64,000 bases of DNA from positions 614,646,558 to 614,710,557 of the forward strand of contig NC_133619.1 of the NCBI RefSeq assembly GCF_048593235.1, in the 5' to 3' direction. The stretch comes from Sminthopsis crassicaudata (Eukaryota). The position numbers and the translations under genes are program-made. Positions 1 through 11,751 of this stretch are shown piece by piece. The notes under the pieces are model-generated. The model did no database searches. It had not been told where the DNA came from and saw nothing but the letters and a program-made list of their open reading frames with translations. How positions within the stretch are numbered: the stretch's first letter is position 1; every line of letters starts with the position of its first letter.

Positions 1-96
1 GGTTCATAGAAATGTGAGAGCTGGCCAGACAATATGGAACATAGGAACAAAGAAAGCTGGAGCTGGAAGTTATGACACAGGATGTGAGAACAGAGA

Positions 97-1029
97 GAGA
101 CTTTAGAACACAGAATGTCAGATCTGGGAAAGGCCTTAGAAAAAAAGGATGTCAGAACTGTGAGGGCCGTTAGAACCCAGGAGGTCAGATCTGGGAAAGG
201 CCTTAGAAAAAAAGGATGTCAGAGCTGTGAGGGCCCTTAGAACCCAGGAGGTCAGAGCTGGGAGGGCCCTTAGAACCCAGGAGGTCAGAGCTGGGAGGGC
301 CCTTAGAACCCAGGAGGTCAGAGCTGGGAGGGCCCTTAGAACCCAGGAGGTCAGATCTGGGAAAGGCCTTAGAAAAAAAGGATGTCAGAGCTGGGAGGGC
401 CCTTAGAACCCAGGAGGTCAGAGCTGGGAGGGCCCTTAGAACCCAGGAGGTCAGAGCTGGGAGGGCCCTTAGAACCCAGGAGGTCAGAGCTGGGAGGGCC
501 CTTAGAACCCAGGAGGTCAGAGCTGGGAGGGCTCTTAGAACCCAGGATGTCAGAGCCGGGAGGACCCTTAGAACCCAGGAGGTCAGAGCCGGGAGGGCCC
601 TTAGAACCCAGGAGGTCAGAGCTGGGAGGGCCCTTAGAACCCAGGAGGTCAGAGATGGGAGGATCCTTAGAGCCCAGGAGGTCAGAGCTGGGAGGGCCCT
701 TAGAACCCAGGAAGTCAGAGCTGGGAGGGCCCTTAGAACTCAGGATGTCAGGGCTGGGAGGGCCCTTAGAACCCAGGAGGTCAGAGCTGGGAGGGCCCTT
801 AGAACCCAGGAGGTCAGAGCTGGGAGGGCCCTTAGAACCCAGGAGGTCAGAGCTGGGAGGGCCCTTAGAACCCAGGAGGTCAGAGCTGGGAGGGCCCTTA
901 GAACCCAGGAGGTCAGAGAGGAGAGGGCCCTTAGAACCCAGGAGGTCAGAGCCGGGAGGGCCCTTAGAACCCAGGAGGTCAGAGCTGGGAGGGCCCTTAG
1001 AACCCAGAAGGTCAGAGCTGGGAGGGGCT
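97..1029 (+). repeat. 33-bp minisatellite array A (~28 units; unit CCCTTAGAACCCAGGAGGTCAGAGCTGGGAGGG)
   Basis: Direct reading. The unit translates as the 11-aa repeat PLEPRRSELGG in the ORF track. Units become degenerate toward position 1. Confidence 0.97.
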
Positions 1030-1147
1030 TAAGTAAATCAGAAAGACCTTATAGCATAGAATGTTAGAGCTAGAGTTAAGATCAGAAATTGAATGTCTAA
1101 AACTAAAAAGATTAGCAACTATGTCCTTTAAATTCATCCTTTTACAG

Positions 1148-1671
1148 NNNNNNNNNNNNNNNNNNNNNNNNNNNNNNNNNNNNNNNNNNNNNNNNNNNNN
1201 NNNNNNNNNNNNNNNNNNNNNNNNNNNNNNNNNNNNNNNNNNNNNNNNNNNNNNNNNNNNNNNNNNNNNNNNNNNNNNNNNNNNNNNNNNNNNNNNNNNN
1301 NNNNNNNNNNNNNNNNNNNNNNNNNNNNNNNNNNNNNNNNNNNNNNNNNNNNNNNNNNNNNNNNNNNNNNNNNNNNNNNNNNNNNNNNNNNNNNNNNNNN
1401 NNNNNNNNNNNNNNNNNNNNNNNNNNNNNNNNNNNNNNNNNNNNNNNNNNNNNNNNNNNNNNNNNNNNNNNNNNNNNNNNNNNNNNNNNNNNNNNNNNNN
1501 NNNNNNNNNNNNNNNNNNNNNNNNNNNNNNNNNNNNNNNNNNNNNNNNNNNNNNNNNNNNNNNNNNNNNNNNNNNNNNNNNNNNNNNNNNNNNNNNNNNN
1601 NNNNNNNNNNNNNNNNNNNNNNNNNNNNNNNNNNNNNNNNNNNNNNNNNNNNNNNNNNNNNNNNNNNNNNN
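1148..1671. other. Assembly gap (N); other gaps at 2722-2858, 15361-15500, 22209-22395, 24899-25055 and 27843-27970
   Basis: Runs of N, each adjacent to repeat or GC-rich sequence. Confidence 0.99.
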
Positions 1672-2329
1672 CTCTGTCCGTTAGTTTATCTGTCTCTCTC
1701 TGTCTCTGTCTCTTTCTTTCTCTTGTCTCTGTCTCTGTGTCACTCTTTCTTTTTTTCTGTTTACTCTTTCTTTGTCTCTCTCCACTCCACCTTTTTTCCA
1801 CCAAAAAGCCAGTCATTTTTTTATATCCTTTAAATAAAGAGACCAGTAAGGGGCTTTGAAATCCTGCTCCTCATTCTTAACCAAACCGGAAGAACCCTCA
1901 TCTCTAGGTAGAGGACTGGCAAGTCTGTGTACTTCATGTTACTCTCTCTTAGGAGTTCCAGTCCCACATCGACACCCACTTGCGGGACATCCTTCCCTGA
2001 GTGTCTCACAAACCCAACACAGCTCATTTTCTATCCCCTAAACCTGATTCTCCTCCGAACTTTCCTATTTCTGTTGAGAACAAAACCATTCTCCCAGTCC
2101 GCAGGCCTGCAAACATATCATGTTCTTGCCTCTTCGTTCTCCCACAATCTACGCCTACAAATGGGACCACCCATGAACAGTCCTTTGCAGCCCTCAGAGC
2201 AACCTAAGTTCTGATCAGTGTCACCATTCTTATTCCATCCAGACACTTGTGGATTGCTGTTGATCGGATGGACCCCCACATCTCTCACATCTCACATCTA
2301 GTTCAGGCTCTGAGCACTGATTTTCCTTG

Positions 2330-3010
2330 TCACTTGACTGCTCAAGTAGTTTCAATGGCTCCCTACTACCTCTGGAGTAAAATCCAAACTTCTTAACTTG
2401 GCATTTGAAGCCCTCCCAGCCTGACTCCCACTAGTTTATTCGGCAGATTACCTATTCACTTGCCACCTTCCAGACCGGTCTATTTTATTGTCCCTTGAAC
2501 CTGACCTCCTGCCTCTGAACTTTTTGCTCAGGCTCCTTCCTATAATTATTTTTTCCCCTCACTCCAGTCTGCATTAGGAGCCCTAACTTCCTTTACAACT
2601 CCACTCATGTGCCGTCTCCTACAAAAAACTTACCCTGACCCTAACAGTTTGTCTCTCCTTGCTAGGTGGTGCCATAGTGCACTGAGCACCTAACCTGGAG
2701 TCAGGAAAGCCTGAGTTCAAANNNNNNNNNNNNNNNNNNNNNNNNNNNNNNNNNNNNNNNNNNNNNNNNNNNNNNNNNNNNNNNNNNNNNNNNNNNNNNN
2801 NNNNNNNNNNNNNNNNNNNNNNNNNNNNNNNNNNNNNNNNNNNNNNNNNNNNNNNNNNCCACATAATAGGTACTGTATAAATACTAGCTATTATTATTAT
2901 ATGTTGCATTCTTTTGTACATTGTAAACTCCTTGATCACAAGCACTGTTTCATTTTTGTCCCGGTATCTCCAGGCTTAGGAAGTAGTTATTCAAAAATAT
3001 TTATTGAATT
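2330..3010 (+). mobile_element. L2 3' fragment interrupted by a SINE head (2660-2721) and an N gap
   Basis: caatggctccctactacctctggagtaaaatccaaact...; ends tattcaaaaatatttattgaattgaa. Confidence 0.65.
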
Positions 3011-3582
3011 GAAATGAACATGGTGCTAATGTAAAAAAGATTAAAGCTTTAGACAAAGACTCCTATTCCATCTATAAATTGGTAATCAAGAAAATATAGT
3101 CTGACAAGCATTTTAGATTAGGGGAGTTTAGATTTAAAAAGCTTCAAAAAAGGAAAAGTAGAATCCCATCACTAAAATTCTATAGGGCAAATCAGTGTAG
3201 TTTACTGCTACAAAAGAATAAAATTTTGAAGATACAAAAAGGAAAAAAAATCCCAATTTAGAGGGAAAAGGGACTGAGATAAATACCCTCCTATTGATAT
3301 TTTATATGCATACCTTAATCCAATCACTCAGACTTTTCAGAGAGTCTCCAAAGGTATGCAAAATCTCTGAAAAGGTCCAATTTTCTTGCTCTGCCCAATT
3401 CAGTTTTTTCCCCTTACTTTCCCTTCTCTATATAAACCTTCAGCTCATTCTACAGGGACAATTCTGTCCCTTAAGAGGAGGTGGGCAAGGTGTGTCACCC
3501 TTATCCCAAGTAAATGCTCTAATAAATGCCATGTTTGATTTGGTAATGGGTTGAACTTTTAAAAAAATTTTTATTTCATCTC

Positions 3583-3735
3583 TCTTTTTTTTTTTTTTTA
3601 CTGAGGCAATTTGGGTTAAGTGACTTGCCCAGGGTCACACAGCTAGGAAGCATTAAGTGTCTGAGACCAGATTTGAACTCAGGTCCTCCTTATTCAGGGC
3701 TAGTACTCAATCCACTGCACTATCTAGCTACCCCC
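3583..3735 (-). mobile_element. Marsupial short CORE-SINE (WSINE1-like)
   Basis: poly(T) then gaggcaatttgggttaagtgacttgcccagggtcacacagctagg...tccactgcactatctagctaccccc. Confidence 0.85.
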
Positions 3736-4971
3736 AGAGATGTCACCTAAACTATTGCCCTAGAACTCCACCATCTTTGGCAACCTTAACAATATTTCAT
3801 CTTCCTATGTTCTAGTCAGAACTCAATTAGAATGCTGCATTCAATTTAGCATACCTTTTGAGGAATGATACTGAAATGCCAGGAGATTTGACCCAGATAA
3901 TCAAAGTTCTGGAGATCATTCTATATGGGAAATTTAAGAGATTAACTCTAAATGATTAACTTGAGGGGAATATTTAGAGGAAACATTTTCAGACAGTTGA
4001 AAAGAATTTATTGTTTCTACGGTAGCACAAAGCAGAACACCTCCCCAAAACTGGCAATTTTCTGGAATGAAAAGGAATGAAAACTGCACATGAAAAACAC
4101 TAAGAAAGTACCTCACAGAGAAAAAGCAGTTGCATGGGCAAAGCCTGTCATACTGACTTATTTCCTAGTTACTCTTTATAATCAATAAGTTATGTAGCAT
4201 ATAATCAATAGAAGCTTTGAGCTAACAACCAGAAAACCCAGAACCCCTGAAATGTTTTCTGATTATGAGACACATGTATACTGCTTGGTTGTGGCTTAGC
4301 CAACAGACAAAAAAATGGTATTGTATTTCTTGGTTATTATAAGTTAGGGGAGGTCCTTCCTTCAGGATACTCAGCTCCGAACTAGGAAGACTGGATCTAT
4401 GACACTTTAGGTCTATGCAGAAGAAGCAATGCTTCTACAACCGCAGCTGCTACCTGGAAAAGATGATTAACAAAAGGAAAACTGGTCATACTGGGCTTCC
4501 TGGGAGGTAGGAACTCCTCGGAGTTGAGCCAAGGAAATAAAACTGGAGAAGCTTCGGGAAATCCCAACCTCAGGGTTTTTGAATTATTCCAAGAGGATGA
4601 GCCAGCCCAGAAGTCTCTGGGAGCAGTCTGGTCCAATAGCAGAACAGCTTTACATTGGAACAGTCCAGCATAGCTTCTGGGCAGCCAATCTTAGCTGTGG
4701 AATCACCCTTCCAACACAAACACATACTCATTAGTGAGCTTTTTCATGGACAAATATTTTGAAGAAAAAGCATATCAAAGCTCAGAGCTGTGAGTTGCCC
4801 GTGTCACCTATTCCCTCCGTGTATGTTTTTATTAGCAGGGTACTTACATTTATGAATCCTTCTCCCAGATGCTGAGTGCATTGATTACAGTGTTCTCTGC
4901 ATCTATGGGTGGAATGCTTACTTCTTGTTCTGCCTTTTTAAATAACTCTTTTTTATTAAGAGTTAAGTCAG

Positions 4972-5458
4972 GCTTACAGGATCTGATGCTGAGTGAAGTG
5001 AGTAGAACCAAGAGAACATTGTACACGGCAACAACAAGATTATACGATGATCATTTCTGATGGTCATGGCTTCGAGATGATTCAGGGTAATTCCAGTGGT
5101 CTTGTGATGGAGAGAGCCATCTGCGCCCAGAGAGAGGCCTGTGGGTACTGAAAGTGGATCACAACATAACATTCTCACTCTTTTTGTTGTTTGCTTGCTT
5201 TTTTGTTTTCTCTCGTTTTTTTCCTTTTTAATCTGATCTTTCTTGTGCAGAATGATCAATGTGGAAATATGTATAGAAGAATTGCTCATATTTAACATTT
5301 ATTGGATTACTCACCATCTAAAAAAGAAAATCTGGGGGGGAAGGGAAGGAGAACAAATTTGGAATACAAGGTTTTGCGAGGGTGAATGTTGAAAACTATG
5401 CATATATTTCAAAAATAAAAAACTTTAAATACTTTTTTAAAAGAAAAAAAAAAAAAAA
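4972..5458 (+). mobile_element. 5'-truncated marsupial L1 3' end
   Basis: ORF2-end/3'UTR motif gatgctgagtgaagtgagtagaaccaagagaacattgtacac..., G-rich tract, A tail. Confidence 0.85.
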
Positions 5459-7385
5459 CCAGGATGTGATAATCCAAAGAACAGATTACTTGCAACTTCC
5501 AATAGGAAGACAAATAAAATAAATGATCTGAAAAAAAAAAAAAAAGTTGAGTCAGATGTTCGAATTGCAATGGAAACCCTTCCTTGTGGTGGCTCAGTTG
5601 GTACAATGATAATGGAGTAGCTACCTAACCCTTAACTCTTCAGAGTAGTTGTACCTGATGCCAGTCTGGGAAACTCCAATTTGCTAGCCCGGGTGGGATA
5701 AATAAGCTAAAATGGAGAGCCTGGGGAGAGTTTGTACAGTTGCTACAGTAGGATTAATTTATTCATTCTGCTTGATCTCCAAGAGCAGTTGGGAATGATG
5801 ATAGGTGTTGCAGAAAAACAGTTTTAGGCTGGATCAAAGGGGGAAAGAATCCTAGAAATTAGATTTATCCAAAAGGAAAATGGTTACTTTGGAAATCAGC
5901 AGCAATGATATGTTAGGTGAACACAAATTGGGCATGTTGGGAAAAAGATTTCTGTTCAAGTATTAATGAATTCAATGCATTCTGTTCAGGTACTAATGAA
6001 TTCCAAACAAGATTCTTCACTGTGTGGCTAATTAATACTTAAGGCAAGTACTTGGTGACTGGTGAGGATTTGTTTCAATCCCGAATGTTTTAGGTACATC
6101 CACAGAATATTCTGAGTTAAACCACACTCCATGGGATTCTTAATCCCTGCCCCACCCCACTGATTGCTTTTCTATTTTGTGCTTGTCTTCCTGGGTTTTT
6201 GTGTTTTTCATTTGGTAATATGTTCCTTTATAATCACATTTCTGTTGTTTGGTGTACAATCCTGCCTTCCATTCTGGGCTTTCTCTTGCCTTATAAAGGT
6301 GTGTTCCACCCTTGCCTACCTCTAACTTGCCATGACATAGTCCAGCAGGTTAGCCAAGACAACCAGGGAATTTGCACCATGACCAAATATCAAGTCTTAT
6401 CAACTTTATTATGAAATGTTTAATAAATGTTTCCTCATGAGGAGGAGAAAAATTGGGTTACAGAGAAACATGACCCATTTAAGGACTTTCTTTTTAAAAT
6501 TCTAAATTATTTTCCAGAACTCTGGGACTGATCTCTGCAACTTCACCAACAATGTATTAGAGTACTAGTTTTCCCAAAGTCCTTTCAGTATCAACTGTTT
6601 CCATTACTATTCATCTTTTCCTATTTTCCTATGCTTTACTTCACACATAAAACCTTGGAGATGTTTTAATGTTTATTTATTTTATTTATAACACTTTGGA
6701 ATATCTTTTTCATTTGGTTGTTCATTTCCATTTTTTCTTTTGAAAACCATTTGATCATATCTTCTCGCTGCGTATCTATTGAGGAATGCTATCTCTAAAT
6801 CTGGCCTTATATTCCAATTTAGTTAACAGCAGAGTAGGAAGGGGGGAGAGTAAAGAGAGAATTAGTCTACCCATTTGTTTGATTCTGTGTGGTTGGAAGA
6901 TGAGGTTTATTGTATGAAATGTTCTAATGTAGCTTCCCAGGTTAATAGTTCTTCTCTTCCTCTTCCTCCTCTTTCTCTTTCCTCTTCTTTGTTTCTCCTC
7001 CATCCTCTTCCTCTCTCTTTTCTCCTCCTCCCCTTCTCCTTCTTTTTCCTCTCCTTCTTCCTCTTTTCTTTTATCTTCCTCCCTCTCCCTCTCTTCTTTC
7101 TCTCCTCCTCCTTATGTTTAAGTTATCTTGGTTTTGTACAATCACCATGAAAAGAGCACTCAGCACAATGTCAGGATCCCTTGGCTTGACTCCCAGTTCT
7201 GATACTAGCTATGTGGCTCTAGGTATAACACTTCTCCATGGAACTTCAGTTTCCTCATTTGTAAAATGGACTTCCTAATGTCTACACTCCTCACTTTTTT
7301 GTGAGGAAAGTTTGACAAACTTCAAAAACTCCCAAGGACTATGAAAAAATGAACTATTATTAGCAATAAGATATAATGGCTTTCT

Positions 7386-7527
7386 TTGTTTTTCCCCCGA
7401 GGCAATTGGAGTTAAGTGACTTGCCCAGGGTCACACAGTTAGAAGTGCTAAGTGTCTGAGGCCAGATTTGAACTAAGGTCCTCCTGACCAGGGCTGGTGC
7501 TCTGTCCACTGCACACCTAGCTGCCCC
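7386..7527 (-). mobile_element. WSINE1-like SINE
   Basis: Same consensus; TSD ATATAATGG(C)TTTCT at 7371-7385 and 7528-7541. Confidence 0.85.
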
Positions 7528-7633
7528 ATATAATGGTTTCTAGTCATACAAACCATTGTCTATTGGCTCCATTGATTATCTAACAAAGTTCACATTTTCT
7601 ATAGTGTTTTAAAGCATGCAAAATACCTCACAG

Positions 7634-8395
7634 TGTTATGCCACAGTTTCCTTTTATTGTCCTTCCTCAGTTTCCCTAAATTGTCCTGCCTCAGTTCCCT
7701 GAATTGTTCTGCCTCAATCCCCCGGTTGCTACCCCCCTCCCTGACCATTAGGACTGAGATAATTAGGGCTGGGACCCCTGACCATTAGCATTCCATAGAG
7801 CAGTGGTCCTCAAACTTTTTAACTAGGGGGCGAGTTCCTTGTCCCTCAGACTATGGGAGGGCCGGACTATAGTAAAAACAAAACCTCACACTCTATCTCC
7901 TCCCCTCAGCCCATTTGACATAACCCAGTGGGATCATAAACGTCCTCAGTGAGCGGCATCTGTCCCATGGGCTGTAGTTTGAGAACCCCTGCCATAGAGC
8001 CATAAATTGCAGATGAGTTACTGGGAGATAGCTTACATGTCTCTAAGTTCCAGACTTTCTGTCTCTAGCTGACTACCCCCTTCACTCCCAGTTTATCAGA
8101 ATTTAAAGTGCTATCCCCATCCTGTAGGAACCAAATTGATGGTCCCTGCCTGGAAAGTCCCCATTCACCCATGCTCGGACTTCACCCCTTGGCTTTGTCT
8201 CCCCTGATCTTGGAGCCACGTATAAAAATTGAATCTCATATTTGATATGGAATTTTTTAAGACAAAAGTCCAATTCAGCCCTGGAGGGAGAATGGATTCT
8301 GCTCTGCTTCCAGACTATCTCTCCCTCTCAGAAACCCAAATAAAATATTAAAAACTCTCTGATCTCTATCTTGCCTCAGTTTCTCCGGCATTACA
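7634..8395 (+). mobile_element. Probable ERV solo LTR, interrupted by the hAT MITE
   Basis: TG...CA termini (TGTTATGCC ... GGCATTACA), TATAAAA at ~8221, AATAAA at ~8338, near-TSD ACAG/ACAT. It splits a MIR-like sequence. Confidence 0.7.
7801..7991 (+). mobile_element. Non-autonomous hAT (Charlie/OC1-like) MITE
   Basis: TIRs CAGTGGTCCTCAAACT ... AGTTTGAGAACCCCTG. Perfect 8-bp TSD CCATAGAG (7793-7800, 7992-7999). Confidence 0.9.
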
Positions 8396-10533
8396 ACATA
8401 TATTTTCTCATCTGACCCCAGCCCTGTGAAGTAGGATCCATCTTATAAAAGAAGAAACTGAAGAGAACAGAGGTAAAGTGGATCACACAGTAAGTGTCTA
8501 AGAGGGGATTAAAAACAGGTCTTTCTGACTCCAATTCCAACATTCGATCTGCTCTGACACCTAATGAACCCCAAAGTGAAGTTGTAGAGTCAAGGAACCT
8601 TTATTAAGCACTTACCTTGTGCTAGGCACTGTGGAAAGTGTTGGGAATACATAGAAAGGACAAAACATGGTCTTTGTTTTCACATTCTAATGGGGGACAA
8701 AATATGCAAAGACTGGATAAATGCAAAATATATATACAGGATAAATTGGAGGTATTCTCCAAGGAAAGGAAGCCCTTTCCTCAAGTTCTTGAGTCCTTAA
8801 TTGCAAAAGAAATTTGGTACGGCTCACCCTTTCATCTCATAATAACCCTCCAGTTCTTTGTCAAATCTGTGATTAATTTATATTTCCTTCCCTTCCTTCT
8901 GTCTCAAAAACATTTGTCCCTATCTGCCAGTCCTGGGGGAAAGCAGTTTTCTGGGTTTTATTTTCTGCTTTCAGTGAATTGCATCCCTTCAGTGCAGTTC
9001 ATTGAGACTCTCAGAATGTTCAAAGGCACAATGAAAACTTCACGTCTGATGATCAGGGGGTCTACTATGGGGGATTTACAAGAGGACATGAACAAGAACG
9101 AGCGGCAGGGACTGCAAATGTGTCGTTCGGGGTGTGGAAGTCTTCTACATCAAGGAGATCCTAATGATTGGACAGGGATAAGATATTTGGTGGATGTAAG
9201 TAAGAATGGATGGAGAAGATGTCTATGGGAATCATGGTCTTCTGGAGAGCTAGAACCAAAATGTAAGTGACCAAAAGGAAGAAGAGAGAGGTAGAGTGGG
9301 GCAAAAGGGATGTGTCCAGAATAGTAGTTCCTACTTCTAAATGATGTATTTGGTGTTCAGCAAACCGAACGCTGAGACTGACATGAGCACCAAATGTTGG
9401 GGTTCGGTCATGTGAAGGATTCACAGTGGCCATTCTCTTTGGCCAAAGGCAGGTTCATTTAGAAGAAGAGATTACTGACAAAATGAAGAGATACAATAGA
9501 CACCAGGAGTGGTAAATATGAAATAGGGTTGGGAGAGGACACCAATTAATAATTAATTAGACACCAAGAGGTTTTTAACAATTAACAATGGAGAAGATAA
9601 GTTCCCTAATGGAACTCACAACCAGGAAAAAGAGCATATTCCATGAGGTGAGAATATGTCCTTAACTAATAGGATAAATCCATAGAGGAGTTTAGTACCC
9701 TAAACTTGTTAACTATAAGAAGGAAAAAGACACCATGAGGCATGGAGAGAAGGGGAGGAGGAAGACATTGCCATGATGAGCTTAACCTAAAGAGATTCAG
9801 CAAAGATGTTGTGAGCCAGGGACAGATTTATTGGGGAAAATTTAATCTTGGGGTTTGATATAACTTAGATTTCTGGCTGGACATAGCAAGACGGGGCTAC
9901 CCATGACACTAATCTCATTCAGGGCCTTCCCTGCTTGCCAATCTTATCAGTATTTCAGTCTTTCTCTGCCAACCCCACCTAGTAACCCAGATATACTTCA
10001 GCTCATTGCCATTGACAATCTGTGAGCAAGAAGACATCATCAAGGATAGGAAAAGGAAGTGGGCTGGTTATGAGAGAGAGCAGATGAGCAGCTCAAGGAT
10101 TATACTGTGCCTTAGTTTCCTTCTCTATGAAATGGGCTACTATTATTATTGGATTGGGTATCATTTCTTCCTGTTCCCCCTTCTTCTTTTTCTTCTTCTC
10201 CTTTTCTCCTCGTTTCTCTGCCTCTTTTTTCTTTCAAGATCTCTTCCTCCTCCTCCCCTTCCTTCTTCCTATTTTTAAAAGTCATTTTGATATCAAGGAA
10301 GATCATGAGGTCACAGATCAAGTACAGGAAGGGCCTATCTAGTCTATTCTTCATTTAATATAAGAGAAAACTAAACCCTAGTAGTATGTTCAATGTCCTA
10401 CTACTAGAGTGTCACTGAGGCAAGATTTACATCTACATCTCCCTGACTCTATGTTCTATATTCTGTCAACTATAACATACATAGGACATTTTGCAAGTTT
10501 TAAAACTACAATGCAGTCAACATTCTCTAGTTT

Positions 10534-11751
10534 GCATGCCCAAAGGGCTATCAAACCCTTTATCCAGCAGTATTTCTATTGGGTCTGTATTCCAAAGAGA
10601 TCTTAAAGGAGGGAAAGGGACCCACATGTGCAAAAATGTTTGTGGCAACCCTTTTTGTAGTGGCTACAAACTGGAAACTGAGCGGATGTCCATCAATTGG
10701 AGAATGGCTGAATAAGGTATGGTATATGAATGTTGTGGAATATTATTGTTCTGTTAAGAAACGACCAGCAGCATTCTCCAATTGATAAACGGTCAAAGGA
10801 TATGAACAGACAATTCTCAGATGAAGAAATTGAAACTATTTCTAGCCATATGAAAAGATGCTCCAAGTCATTAGAGAAATGCAAATTAAGACAACTCTGA
10901 GATACCACTACACACCTGTCAGATTGGCTAAGATGACAGGAACAAATAATGATGAATGTTGGAGGGGATATGAGAAAACTGGGACACTGATGCATTGTTG
11001 GTAGAATTGTGAATACATTCAGCCATTTTGGAGAGCAATTTGGAACTATGCTCAAAAAGTTTGGGCTTATATCCCAAAGAGATTTTAAAGAAGGGAAAGG
11101 GACCTGTATGTGCAAGAATGTTTATGGCAGCCCTTTTTGTAGTAGCCAGAAACTGGAAACTGAGTGCATGCCCATCAACTGGAGAATGGCTGAATAAATT
11201 GTGGCATATGAATATTATGGAATATTATTATTTTATAAGAAATGACCAGGAGAAGGATTTCAGAGAGGTCTGAGGGGACTTACATGAACTGATGCTGAGT
11301 GAAATGAGAAGAGCCAGGAGATCATTATACACAACAACAATACTATATGATGATCAATTCTGATGGACGTGGCTCTTTTCAACAATGAGATGATTCGGAC
11401 CAGTTCCAATTTTCAATGATGAAGAGAGCCATCTACACCCAGAGAGAGAACTGTGGGAAAAGAACCACAATATAGTATTTCCAACTTTTTTGTTGTTGTT
11501 TGCTTGCATTTTGTTTTCTTTCTCATTTTTTCCCCTTTTTGATCTGACTTTTCTTGTGCAGAATGATAAATATGGAAATATGTATAGAAGAATTGCACAT
11601 GTTTAACATATATTAGATTGCTTGCTTCAAGGGGTGGGGTGGGGGGGAAGGGAGGGTGAAAATTTTGGAACAAAGAGTTTTGCAAGGGTGAATGTTAAAA
11701 ACTAGCTTTGCCTATATTCTGAAAATAAAAAGCTATTATTTTAAAAAATAA
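10534..11751 (+). mobile_element. L1 3' portion made of two non-colinear pieces
   Basis: ORF2 C-terminal motifs (CPSIGEWLNK, EKCKLRQL-type DNA) and 3'UTR with A tail. Near-TSD A(T/A)TCTCTAGTTT at 10522-10533 and 11752-11763. Confidence 0.85.

Noticed and set aside
97-1029. CRISPR array
   Set aside because: Units are contiguous with no unique spacers, there are no cas genes, and the context is mammalian.
382-1032. 216-aa ORF (SELGGPLEPRR)n, and similar ORFs at 48210-48701 and 59698-60561, as repeat-protein genes
   Set aside because: The unit length is a multiple of 3 and four of six frames are open by construction. The same DNA recurs in RCC2 introns with no exon structure. These are minisatellite artefacts.
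1061-1816. ORFs spanning N runs (also at 2619, 15225-15606, 22094-22505, 24515-25301 and 27538-28156)
   Set aside because: They are open only because N codons translate as X.
2660-2721. tRNA-like heads (also 47086-47140)
   Set aside because: These are tRNA-derived SINE promoters followed by CORE sequence, not tRNA genes.
4380-4720. Coding-like composition suggesting a processed pseudogene
   Set aside because: Stops occur in all three forward frames and I could not recognise a parent protein. A translated search (tBLASTx) would be needed.
5949-6003. 30-bp period two-copy duplication (TTCTGTTCA.GTA.TAATGAATTC)
   Set aside because: Ordinary short slippage duplication with no further structure.
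8638-9270. 210-aa ORF
   Set aside because: GTG start, crosses L2/MIR-like and other repeat-derived pieces, no recognisable domain or splice context.
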